A DNA stretch of 64,000 nt from Allosphingosinicella sp. (GTDB lineage Bacteria > Pseudomonadota > Alphaproteobacteria > Sphingomonadales > Sphingomonadaceae): contig DATDAS010000047.1 of assembly GCA_036525315.1 (NCBI GenBank), positions 61,497 through 125,496 of the forward strand, given 5' to 3'. The notes below the pieces were generated by a model that saw nothing but the letters and a program-made list of their open reading frames with translations, did no database searches and was not told the origin of the DNA. Shown here piece by piece: positions 55,970 through 64,000 of the stretch. The stretch's first letter is position 1; each line of letters starts with the position of its first letter. The translations under genes were made by a program, and so were the position numbers.

Positions 55970-57556
55970 GTGCAGGGATCGATCGCCATTACTGAAGCGG
56001 AACCCGCGGGCGCCGTCGGCGCCCGGCCGGCGCAATCGCGGCTGGGTTGGACCATCGCCGTCGCCCTCGCCGCCGCCCTTCTTCTGAAGCTCTGGGGCAT
56101 CGGGGCCCGGCCGCTCTGGCTCGACGAAGGCTACAGCCATTTCTTCTCCGGCCTGGGCTGGCGCGAGCTCTGGTTCGAGACTCCCGAATATGAACCTCAC
56201 CCCCCTCTTTATTATTCCGTCCTGAAGCTGTGGCGCGGGCTGTTCGGCGACGAGGCGGGGGCGCTTCGAGGCCTCTCGGCCCTGGCCGGGATCCTCACTG
56301 TGCCGCTCGCCGCACTCGCCGCGCACGAGCTTGCGCGCCTGGCCAGGAGCCCGCGCCCGATGCTGATGGTAGGCATTGCCGCGGCGCTGGCCGCGCTGTC
56401 GCCGCGCCTGCTCGCCTCTTCGCAGGACGCTCGACCTTATGCCCTGCTGATCTTCGCTTATGCCCTGGCGATCTGGGCCTGGCTTCGCCTCGCCAACAGT
56501 TTCCGCGACGACCGGGCCTCGCCTGGGCGCGGGAGCGACTGGATCGCGCTCGGCGCCGGCACCGCGCTGACGCTGTGGCTGCACGGGCTCGGTCTTCTCT
56601 ATGCCGCCTCCCTGCTCGGCGCCCTGCTTCTAGTCGCGGCGCCGGGCGCCACGCGCGCGCGCTGGCTCCGTCTCGCCGCCTGCGCCGGCCTGGTCCTCCT
56701 CCTCTATCTGCCCTGCGTCTACATTCTGGCCGGCCGAAGCGGCGACTGGGGCACGGGCTGGCTGCGCTGGAACGTCGCGACCTTCCCCGGGCAGATGCTC
56801 GACCTGATCTCGCTTCACCGGTTCGACGAGCCGATCACGCCGGTCCTCGCGCGGATCCTGATCCCGATCCTGCTCTTCCTGGGCATCAGGGACCTGTTCC
56901 GCTCCGGAAACCGCGACATCGGCCGGGGCCTCCTGCTCCTGATCCTGCTGCCGCCGCTCGCCGCCGCCTGGATCTCGCAGCTCGCGATGCCGGTCTTCCT
57001 GCCGCGCACACTGGCCGGCGTGCTCGTGCCGATCTACCTCGCCTGCGCGCTCGCAATCGCCGCTTTGCCGCGCGGGCAGATGCGCGCGGCGGGCGGCGCT
57101 CTGGCGGCGATCTTCCTGGTCAATCTCGTCCAGGCGGTGAACCGGCCGCCGATCGAGCGCTGGGACAGCATAACCGCCATATTGGCCCGCGAGATGGGCC
57201 CGCGCGACACGGTCTGGCTCTATCCGAACGATGCCGAGCTACCGCTTCGGAGCGCCGCCAGCCCGGCCCTGACCGCCCATCCGATCCCCTCGCCCTTCCC
57301 TGCGCTGGGCGTGGGGGGAAGCCATCCCTCGGGAAACGCCGGCGTGGTCGGGCTCGACTCGCGCTCGGCACGGCTCTGGGCCGAGCGCCACCCCGCGGAT
57401 CCGGCCGGGACAATCTGGCTGGTGCGGAGCGCGCCGGGCCTGTTCGATCCGAAGGACGAGGTGCTTCGCGGCCTCGCCGGCAACCGCCGGATCGGCCCGC
57501 GTCGACAATGGGACGATCTTGTCCTGGAGCCGCTCCGCCCGGCCCATACGCCCTAA
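55970..57556 (+). CDS. GT-C glycosyltransferase, ArnT/PMT (family 39/83)-like, paralogous to 50475-51965
   Basis: PLWLDEGYS and PHPPLYYSVLKLW match the motifs of the 50475 gene, with the same multi-pass plus C-terminal soluble architecture. GTG start. Confidence 0.83.
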   Translation: MQGSIAITEAEPAGAVGARPAQSRLGWTIAVALAAALLLKLWGIGARPLWLDEGYSHFFSGLGWRELWFETPEYEPHPPLYYSVLKLWRGLFGDEAGALRGLSALAGILTVPLAALAAHELARLARSPRPMLMVGIAAALAALSPRLLASSQDARPYALLIFAYALAIWAWLRLANSFRDDRASPGRGSDWIALGAGTALTLWLHGLGLLYAASLLGALLLVAAPGATRARWLRLAACAGLVLLLYLPCVYILAGRSGDWGTGWLRWNVATFPGQMLDLISLHRFDEPITPVLARILIPILLFLGIRDLFRSGNRDIGRGLLLLILLPPLAAAWISQLAMPVFLPRTLAGVLVPIYLACALAIAALPRGQMRAAGGALAAIFLVNLVQAVNRPPIERWDSITAILAREMGPRDTVWLYPNDAELPLRSAASPALTAHPIPSPFPALGVGGSHPSGNAGVVGLDSRSARLWAERHPADPAGTIWLVRSAPGLFDPKDEVLRGLAGNRRIGPRRQWDDLVLEPLRPAHTP

Positions 57557-57579
57557 ACGGCGGAGCTACCCCGCCCGGC

Positions 57580-58851
57580 CTATTCCGCGGCCTGGGCGAG
57601 ATGCCATTCGGGCGCCTGCTCGGCGGCGAACAGCCTCTTCTCCTCCTCGAACATCGATTCCCTCGTGATCGGGATCGCGCCGCGGTGCTTCACATATTGG
57701 AGCTGCCAGTTGACCAGCCCGCCGTGCATGAAGGCGGCCTCGGCGCCGGCCAAATAGAAGAGCCACATGCGGTAGAATCGCTCGTCGTAAAGCTCGATGA
57801 TCTCGTCCTTGGCGGCGACGGTGCGCTTGTACCATTCCTCCAGCGTGTAGCCGTAATGGTAGCGCAGCGCCTCGACGTCGGTGACGATGAGCCGGTTCTT
57901 CTCGGCCTCCGTGACCAGCTCGGACAGCGCCGGGATATAGCCGCCCGGGAAGATATATTTGCGGGTCCATTTGTCGGTCACGCCCGGCTCGCCCATCCGG
58001 CCGCAGCAGTGCGAGAACATGACCCCGTCCGGGGCGAGAAGCTCGTGGGTCTTGGCGAAGAAGCCCGGATAATGGGGCGTTCCGAGATGCTCGATCAGGC
58101 CGACGCTGCTGATCCGGTCGAACGGACCCTCGACGTCGCGATAGTCCATCAGCTTGAACTTCACCCGGTCCTGGACGCCGAGCTCGGCGGCGCGGATATT
58201 GGCGAACTCGATCTGGTCGGGCGCGAGGGCGACCCCGAGCACGTCTACGTCGTAATGGCGGTGCAGATAGAGGGCCAGGCCGCCCCAGCCGCAGCCGATG
58301 TCGAGCACCTTCATTCCCGGCTTCAGATGAAGCTTGGCGGCGATATGCGCCTTCTTGTCGAGCTGCGCCTGCTCGAGGCTGTTCGACGGATCGCGATAAT
58401 AAGCGCAGGTATATTGGCGGTCCTCGTCGAGGAAGAGCTCGTAGAGGCGCCTGGTCAGATTGTAGGTATGCTCGGCATTGTGCCGCGAACGGGCCTTCCA
58501 GTTGATCTGGTCGAGCCGGCCGGCAATGTAGCTGAGCGACTTGCGGACCGGGCCCTTGGGCTTGAGGGCGCCCGCCTTCTCGGCCGGCGCATTCTCGCGG
58601 ATGAACAGGACCAGGTCGCGAATGTCGTGCGGTTCCTGGATGACCATCCGGCCGTCCATGAACGCCTCGCCCGCGCCGACGCGCGGGTCCTTGACGATAT
58701 GCATGGCGGCGCCGCGGTCGGTCAGCTGGACCCGCAGTGGAGCCCGCCCCGCCGTTTCCACGCCGTAGCGATATTCCTTGCCGTCATGGTCGATGACGAT
58801 GAGCTCACCGGTCGTGATGAGCTTGCGAAGCATTTTGTCGAGTAGCCACAT
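57580..58851 (-). CDS. cfa: Cyclopropane-fatty-acyl-phospholipid synthase
   Basis: HYNLTRRLYELFLD, YTCAYY, VLDIGCGWGGLALYL (SAM motif) and IEHLG. ATG 58851 was chosen inside ORF 57580-58923. Confidence 0.92.
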   Translation of the reverse strand: MWLLDKMLRKLITTGELIVIDHDGKEYRYGVETAGRAPLRVQLTDRGAAMHIVKDPRVGAGEAFMDGRMVIQEPHDIRDLVLFIRENAPAEKAGALKPKGPVRKSLSYIAGRLDQINWKARSRHNAEHTYNLTRRLYELFLDEDRQYTCAYYRDPSNSLEQAQLDKKAHIAAKLHLKPGMKVLDIGCGWGGLALYLHRHYDVDVLGVALAPDQIEFANIRAAELGVQDRVKFKLMDYRDVEGPFDRISSVGLIEHLGTPHYPGFFAKTHELLAPDGVMFSHCCGRMGEPGVTDKWTRKYIFPGGYIPALSELVTEAEKNRLIVTDVEALRYHYGYTLEEWYKRTVAAKDEIIELYDERFYRMWLFYLAGAEAAFMHGGLVNWQLQYVKHRGAIPITRESMFEEEKRLFAAEQAPEWHLAQAAE

Positions 58852-58961
58852 GGCGCTCAGATAGCCGGGGGTTGGCGGTTTAGGCAATAAGGCGGATTCC
58901 GGCGCCGTTCCGCGCCGCCCCATACGTTCCCCGTACCCGCGAATCCCTCTATGGCGCAGAA

Positions 58962-59636
58962 ATGGTCACAGTCACCGAAGCCGTGCTGACGCGCCGCTCG
59001 ACGCGCGCTTTCCTCCCGGTCCCGATCGCCGGAGGGCTGATCGAGGAGATACTCGCCCTCGCCGCCCGCGCCCCCTCCGGCGGCAACCTCCAGCCCTGGC
59101 GGGTCGACGCGGTCGCCGGCGAAGCACTCGACGAGATCAGGCGCCTGGCGCGGGAAAGCCTGGCCACCGATCCGAAGGGCGAGCCGATGGAGCTGACCAT
59201 CTATCCCTCGCCCTTGCCGGAGCCCTGGCGGTCGCGGCGCTTCTCCAGCGGAGAGGCGCTCTACGCGACGCTCGGAATCCCGCGGGAGGACAAGGCCGCG
59301 CGGCTCGCCCAGTTCTCGCGCAACTTCGATTTCTTCGGAGCGCCGGCCGCGCTCTTTTTCTCGATCCCGAGACTCTTCGACCGGCCGCAATGGGCGCATC
59401 TCGGCATGTTCATGCAGAACGTCATGCTCCTCGCCGAAGAGCGAGGTCTCGCAACCTGCCCCCAGGAAGCCTGGGCCGCCGTCTCCGGCAGTGTTTCGGC
59501 CCTACTCGAGCTGCCCGAGGATCATCTGCTCTATTGCGGAATGGCGATCGGCCGCCCCGATCCGGCACATCCCGCCAATGCGCTTCGCACGGAGCGCGAG
59601 CCCGTCACGAATTTCGCGCGTTTCCGGGGCTTCTGA
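58962..59636 (+). CDS. Nitroreductase family protein
   Basis: LTRRSTRAFLPVPI, APSGGNLQPWRV, and a C-terminal GMAIG segment, typical of the NfsA/NfsB superfamily. Confidence 0.88.
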   Translation: MVTVTEAVLTRRSTRAFLPVPIAGGLIEEILALAARAPSGGNLQPWRVDAVAGEALDEIRRLARESLATDPKGEPMELTIYPSPLPEPWRSRRFSSGEALYATLGIPREDKAARLAQFSRNFDFFGAPAALFFSIPRLFDRPQWAHLGMFMQNVMLLAEERGLATCPQEAWAAVSGSVSALLELPEDHLLYCGMAIGRPDPAHPANALRTEREPVTNFARFRGF

Positions 59637-59649
59637 CGCCCCACCGCCG

Positions 59650-59738
59650 TCATTGCGAGGAGCGGAGCGACGAAGCAATCCAGCCTGCGACGTTCGATCC
59701 GCTCCGAACTGGATTGCTTCGCTGCGCTCGCAATGACG
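59650..59738. repeat. REP-like inverted repeat (GTCATTGCGAGGAGCGGAGCGACGAAGCAATCCAG ... CTGGATTGCTTCGCTGCGCTCGCAATGAC)
   Basis: The arms 59650-59684 and 59710-59738 are near-complementary. The element lies between convergent genes. Confidence 0.75.
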
Positions 59739-59746
59739 AAAGGAGG

Positions 59747-61003
59747 TCAGGCCCCTTCGAGCGCCGCCTGCTTCTCCGCCGCCAGCCGATCCAGCTCGGC
59801 CCGGCTCTTCTTCTCCGACGCCGATTTCAACTGCCCGCAGGCGGCCATGATGTCGCGCCCGCGCGGCCTTCGGATCGGGGCGCTGATCCCGGCCTCGAAG
59901 ACGATGTCGGAGAATCGCTGCACCCGCTCCGGGGTCGAGCATTCGTAGGGCGCGCCCGGCCAGGGATTGAACGGGATCAGATTGACCTTGGCGGGGAGCT
60001 TGTACTTGCGGATCAGCCTGACGAGCTCGAGCGCATCCTCGTCGCTGTCGTTCTTGTCCTTCAGCATCACATATTCGAACGTGATCCGGCGGGCATTGTT
60101 GGCGCCGGGATAGTCGGCGCAGGCCTGGAGCAGCTCCTCGATCCCGTATTTGCGGTTCAGGGGCACGATCTCGTCGCGCACCTCCTTGGTCACCGCGTGG
60201 AGCGAGACCGCGAGATTGACCCCGATCTCCTCGCCGGCGCGCGCCATCATCGGCACCACGCCCGAGGTGGAGAGGGTGATCCGCCGGCGCGACAATCCAA
60301 GCCCGTCGCCGTCCATGACGATCTTCAGCGCGTCCCGGACGTTGTCGAAATTGTAGAGGGGCTCGCCCATGCCCATCATCACGATGTTGGACAGCATCCG
60401 CCCTTCGGGCAGGGAAGGCCATTCGCCGAGGCTGTCGCGGGCGAGCATGACCTGGCCGACGATCTCGCCGGCATCGAGGTTGCGCACCAGCCGCATCGTC
60501 CCGGTATGGCAGAAGCGGCAATTCAATGTGCAGCCGACCTGGCTCGACACGCAGAGCGTCCCGCGATCGGCGTCGGGGATGAACACCATCTCGAAATCGT
60601 TGCCGTCGCGGGTGCGAAGCAGCCATTTGCGCGTGCCGTCGCTCGAGACGAGATGCTCGACCACCTCGGGCCGGCCGATCAGGAAGCGCTCGGCAAGCCA
60701 GGTCCGGTGCGGCTTGGCGATGTCGCTCATGTCGGCGAACGCGGTCGCGCCGCGATTGTAGATCTGGTGCCAGATCTGCTTGGCGCGAAGCTTGGCCTGC
60801 TTTGCATCCATGCCGGCCTCGGCGAGCGCGTCGCGGATCGCGTCCCGGCTCAGCCCGACCAGGTCGACGCGCAAATCCTCGCTCGCGTGTGGGGCACGCG
60901 GGACCGGAACCGGGTCGATATGACCGGGGATGGGCATCAGAGCTGACATGAGAGCCGCCATGTAGGGAGAAACAGGCGGAATTTCCACTCGGAGTTTGAG
61001 CAA
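59747..61003 (-). CDS. rlmN: 23S rRNA (adenine2503-C2)-methyltransferase, radical SAM
   Basis: [18 protein letters not shown] (CxxxCxxC cluster), [18 protein letters not shown] and [10 protein letters not shown]. The true start may be an internal Met (for example 60961 or 60952). Confidence 0.94.
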   Translation of the reverse strand: MLKLRVEIPPVSPYMAALMSALMPIPGHIDPVPVPRAPHASEDLRVDLVGLSRDAIRDALAEAGMDAKQAKLRAKQIWHQIYNRGATAFADMSDIAKPHRTWLAERFLIGRPEVVEHLVSSDGTRKWLLRTRDGNDFEMVFIPDADRGTLCVSSQVGCTLNCRFCHTGTMRLVRNLDAGEIVGQVMLARDSLGEWPSLPEGRMLSNIVMMGMGEPLYNFDNVRDALKIVMDGDGLGLSRRRITLSTSGVVPMMARAGEEIGVNLAVSLHAVTKEVRDEIVPLNRKYGIEELLQACADYPGANNARRITFEYVMLKDKNDSDEDALELVRLIRKYKLPAKVNLIPFNPWPGAPYECSTPERVQRFSDIVFEAGISAPIRRPRGRDIMAACGQLKSASEKKSRAELDRLAAEKQAALEGA

Positions 61004-61057
61004 TGGCCGGCCGGGACGGCGGAGGGCAGGCCGTCCCGACCGGTAGAGGCCTGCCGG

Positions 61058-61282
61058 TCAGGCCGTGCGGGCAGTCCGGACGTCGCTTCCGCTCAGGCCG
61101 CGAGTCAGGGGAACGATCTGCCAGGCGGCCGAGAGGCCGACGAGGGCGTAGACGATACGCGACAAAGCGGACATCTCGCCGAACAGGGCTGCGACAAGAT
61201 CGAACCCGAACAGGCCGACAAGGCCCCAGTTCAGTCCGCCGACGATCACCAAAGCGAGGGTGATGAGATTGATCGAACGCAT
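61058..61282 (-). CDS. DUF378 family small membrane protein
   Basis: 74 aa. LALVIVGGLNWGLVGLFGFDLVAALFG is the characteristic DUF378 motif. Confidence 0.83.
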   Translation of the reverse strand: MRSINLITLALVIVGGLNWGLVGLFGFDLVAALFGEMSALSRIVYALVGLSAAWQIVPLTRGLSGSDVRTARTA

Positions 61283-61330
61283 TTCATTTCTCCGGATCCT
61301 GGGCGCTGGCGCGCAACCGCGCCGGCCGCA

Positions 61331-61873
61331 TCACTTCGGCAGCGAAACCGCGTCGGTCACATGGATGACTCCGTTCGACTGCATGAGATCAGCCGTCGAG
61401 ACCCGAGCCGTTCCGCCGTTCGCGTCGACGATAACGACCTGCTTACCGGCCATGCGGGCGGTCAGGATTCCGCCCTGCACGGTGGCGATCCGCGCCTGGC
61501 CGCGGCCGGCTTTGATCTTGCGCACCAGGTCCGCGGCGGTCACTCGGCCCGGAACGACATGGTAGGTGAGGATGGACTGGAGCTTGTCGCGATTCTCGGC
61601 CCTGAGCAGGCTTGCCACGGTGCCCGGGGGCAGCTTGGCGAAGGCCGAATTGGTGGGCGCGAAGACGGTGAACGGACCTGGCCCGGACAGAGTGTCGGCG
61701 AGGCCTGCCGCCTGCACCGCGGCGACGAGCGTGCTGTGGTCGCCCGAAGCTGCCGCGGTCTGGACGATGGTAGGAGATGAAGCCGAACGTTGGCCGTTCA
61801 TCTTCCCGCCGCCGGCGGCGAGCGGTGAGGCCAGAAGGGTGATGGCTGCGATTGTCGACAGATATTTCAACAT
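61331..61873 (-). CDS. Fasciclin (FAS1) domain protein, secreted
   Basis: Signal peptide, then FTVFAPTNSAFAKLP, ILTYHVV and NGVIHVTDAV, which are FAS1 H1/YH/H2 motifs. Confidence 0.9.
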   Translation of the reverse strand: MLKYLSTIAAITLLASPLAAGGGKMNGQRSASSPTIVQTAAASGDHSTLVAAVQAAGLADTLSGPGPFTVFAPTNSAFAKLPPGTVASLLRAENRDKLQSILTYHVVPGRVTAADLVRKIKAGRGQARIATVQGGILTARMAGKQVVIVDANGGTARVSTADLMQSNGVIHVTDAVSLPK

Positions 61874-61961
61874 GATGATCCTCGCTGGATAAGGGGACGA
61901 GCCTGGATAGGACCGGCCGAAGGCCCGGGCGATACGGACTTAGTGCCGTATCGGCGGCGGT

Positions 61962-62579
61962 TCAGATGCCCGCTTCGACGGCGATCCGGATCGCATCCGC
62001 GGTCGTCGAAACGCCGAGATTGCCCAGCAGAAGATGCCTGTGCATCTTCACCGTCTTCTCGCTCAACGACAGCCTCCAGGCGATCTGCTTGTTGCGGTAA
62101 CCGAGCGCCATTTCTCGCAGGACCTCGCGCTGCCGCGGCGGCAGCTTCGCAGCCAGGTGACGGGCCCGGCCCTGCCTCAGCGTAAGGGGATCGTCCGCTC
62201 CGGCGCCGACCGCGACCTGCGAGCCGAGAAACCAGGCCAGGTCTCCGGCGGAATCGAAGATCGGCGCGACCAGCACGGCATTGCGGAAAGGCGTGCCGTC
62301 CTTCCTGTAGTTCAGGAGCTCGCAGAGCGTAGGGCTCAGCGAGCTGATGCCCTCGCGGATCCGCTCGGTCAGCCAGGGCTCGGTCGCCTCCCCGGCCAGG
62401 AACCGGCAATTGCGCCCGACTATCTCGGCCTCGTCATAACCGGTCAGGCCGCGGAACGCGGCATTCGCGGCGATGACCGGATTGTCCGGAAGGCGCGGGT
62501 TGGTGATCACGGTAGCGATCGGGCTCAGATCGATCGACGCGCACAGCGCCTGTTCGTCGGCGGCTGCATGCGAGGTCAC
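61962..62579 (-). CDS. LOV-domain / LuxR-type HTH blue-light-responsive transcription factor (EL222-like)
   Basis: LOV core VITNPRLPDNPVIAANAAFRGLTGYDEAEIVGRNCRFLAG, with the adduct-forming Cys codon at 62406-62408. Also YRKDGTPFRN and FLGSQV (the I-beta Gln). The C-terminus is LPPRQREVLREMALGYRNKQIAWRLSLSEKTVKMHR, a LuxR/FixJ HTH. 205 aa. Confidence 0.88.
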   Translation of the reverse strand: MTSHAAADEQALCASIDLSPIATVITNPRLPDNPVIAANAAFRGLTGYDEAEIVGRNCRFLAGEATEPWLTERIREGISSLSPTLCELLNYRKDGTPFRNAVLVAPIFDSAGDLAWFLGSQVAVGAGADDPLTLRQGRARHLAAKLPPRQREVLREMALGYRNKQIAWRLSLSEKTVKMHRHLLLGNLGVSTTADAIRIAVEAGI

Positions 62580-62678
62580 TGAAGCTCCCGGCCTCCCTTC
62601 ATTCGGTCAGACTAAGCCGGATGGGTTGCGCAAGCTACCGGGCTTCGCGCACGGCCCGCTCGGTCGCTTCGTCCGAAT

Positions 62679-63323
62679 TCAGTCGGGTGCCGCTCCGCCG
62701 CCGAAATGGATCATCCGCTCCACGCCGTCGGCGACCTCGACCAGGCTCCCCTGCGGCAGCGAATCGGCAACCGGCGCTCCGCATTCCGGCCGCTCCGGCA
62801 TCCCGGTCAGAAGCCCGCGAAGCACTCGCGAGGACATTCCGTGCATCACCACCAGCCGGTCGCCCTCCGCATCCGCCTGATCGCCGATCCAGGCACGAAG
62901 CCGCGCCGCGACCGCGTCGTACCATTCGCCCGTCGGCGCGGGGCGGGTGAAAAGCCAGGTCTCACGGTCGATCAGGGCGCCATGCTCGGCGGCAAGTTCG
63001 CGATAAAGGCGGCCGCTCCATTCGCCCATTCCGATCTCCTCGAGCCGGGCGTCGATCCGCGCCTCATGCCAGTCGAGCTCGAGATGCTCCGCGATAACCG
63101 CCAGGGTCTGGAGCGCCCGCCCGGCCGGCGACGACCAGAGCGTCAGTACCGGGTGCGGGCCGAGATACTGGCGCAAGGCCGCACCCATCTCGTCGGCCTG
63201 GGCGAATCCGGCCCGGGTCAGCGGAGTGTGCGCGACGTCGCCCTGGATTCGCGCGGCGGCGTTGAACACGGTCTCGCCGTGGCGAGCGATGAAGATCCGG
63301 CCCTTGAGGCGCGGCGCGGTCAC
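62679..63323 (-). CDS. Histidine phosphatase (phosphoglycerate mutase-like) family protein
   Basis: IFIARHGETVFN (RHG motif), SSPAGRALQT and VVMHGMS. GTG 63323 overlaps the upstream stop (GTGA), chosen inside ORF 62679-63641. Confidence 0.83.
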   Translation of the reverse strand: MTAPRLKGRIFIARHGETVFNAAARIQGDVAHTPLTRAGFAQADEMGAALRQYLGPHPVLTLWSSPAGRALQTLAVIAEHLELDWHEARIDARLEEIGMGEWSGRLYRELAAEHGALIDRETWLFTRPAPTGEWYDAVAARLRAWIGDQADAEGDRLVVMHGMSSRVLRGLLTGMPERPECGAPVADSLPQGSLVEVADGVERMIHFGGGAAPD

Positions 63324-63802
63324 TTGGCGCAGGCGATCGCAGCCGCGTCGATCGCGGTGGCGGCGCCGCGCAGGCGGTAGGAATCGCGAACGAAGGCGCC
63401 GCGCGACGAGCGGGTCTCGACGCTCATCTCGATCCCGGTCCGCATCGCGTTGACGATGTCGGCATCGGCGCGGCGATCGGGCGCCCAGGCATTGTTGCCG
63501 CCGCCGATCAGCTGGAAGGTCGCCCCGTCTATCTTGAGAAGAACGGCCGAGCCGGCGCGCTTCTCGCGGCTCAGCCGGAAATGGACCTGGCTTCGAACCC
63601 CGCGCCCCGGCCAGTAGCCGACCGAGGCGAAAGGGCGCCACGCCTCGGGCCGGGGCGACCGGAACGGCTCGGCGATCGCGTAGCAGCGCCCCGGCTCGCG
63701 AAACGCGCCCCAGAGCTGGAAGATTCCGAGAGACTCCCGCTCCTGGGCCCAGGCAGCGCAGGCCATGCTCGCCAACAGGAGGAGAAGGAGGATCGGCCGC
63801 AT
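63320..63802 (-). CDS. Secreted hypothetical protein
   Basis: Signal peptide MRPILLLLLLASMACAAWAQ. 160 aa, no recognisable motif. Coupled to the downstream phosphatase gene. Confidence 0.65.
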   Translation of the reverse strand: MRPILLLLLLASMACAAWAQERESLGIFQLWGAFREPGRCYAIAEPFRSPRPEAWRPFASVGYWPGRGVRSQVHFRLSREKRAGSAVLLKIDGATFQLIGGGNNAWAPDRRADADIVNAMRTGIEMSVETRSSRGAFVRDSYRLRGAATAIDAAAIACAK

Positions 63803-63877
63803 CGCCGCGGATTCATCGGGACAAGTGCCCCCCTTGGCAACATGAAAGCGTCGTGTGAGCGGTGTGATGGCTCCGGC

Positions 63878-63945
63878 GTTCCCCGGCGGAGGCCGGGGTC
63901 CAAACGGAGTCCGTACTGGACCCCTGCTTTCGCAGGGGAACAGGA
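63878..63945. repeat. REP-like hairpin cluster (CCCCGGCGGAGGCCGGGG and CCCCTGCTTTCGCAGGGG)
   Basis: Two short GC hairpins at 63881-63898 and 63921-63938, of the same sequence class as the units at 24492-24515 and 26262-26290. Confidence 0.6.
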
Positions 63946-64000
63946 ATGTGCTTCAGGATAAGACTCGGTGCCATGCCGCCACGAACCTCCCTTTTTGCGC

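Noticed and set aside
55882-56100. Longer start (56100) for tandem paralog 2.
   Set aside because: The extra 73 aa have no counterpart in paralog 1 and would overlap the divergent GT39-like gene's start region. ATG 55881 aligns with the paralog.

Overview
High-G+C alphaproteobacterial chromosome segment, probably Sphingomonadales (inferred from gene content, the abundance of TonB-dependent receptor and REP-like repeats, and an EL222-like LOV-HTH gene). Most of it is densely packed core genes: thrS, infC, glnD, mutS, a two-component pair, maeB, bamE, ssb, folD, gluQ, egtBD, cfa and rlmN. Many are joined by 4-nt start/stop overlaps (ATGA, GTGA, TTGA). I found no rRNA, tRNA, CRISPR array or intact IS element. 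Four things stand out. (1) At 564-6880, in DNA that is visibly less GC-rich than the rest, sits a translationally coupled three-gene cassette: a large protein with a flavoprotein-like N-terminus, a small protein with no motifs, and a Rad50/SMC-type coiled-coil ABC ATPase with a central CxxC hook. This is the Lamassu / ABC-3C defence architecture, but with an oxidoreductase-like effector whose mechanism is, as far as I know, uncharacterised. It is my best candidate for the novel system. (2) At 43.1-57.6 kb lies an envelope-glycan cluster with GtrA, a GtrB-like GT2, a methyltransferase, a deacetylase, and four clear plus two inferred (the paralog pair) multi-pass GT-C-like membrane proteins, the latter a tandem paralog pair. 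(3) There are several structured non-coding elements: a perfect 38-bp AT-rich palindrome with an exact 20-nt half-copy 29 kb away, twin covarying hairpins, nested inverted repeats, inverted tandem octamers, and at least five REP-like families. (4) Smaller points include an apparent AUU start for infC, a PduO-type adenosyltransferase whose conserved N-terminus precedes any canonical start codon, a Fur-box-like site, and a LOV-HTH photoreceptor gene. All coordinates and motifs were read by hand. No similarity searches or statistics were run, so product names rest on recognisable motifs and start codons are approximate where noted.
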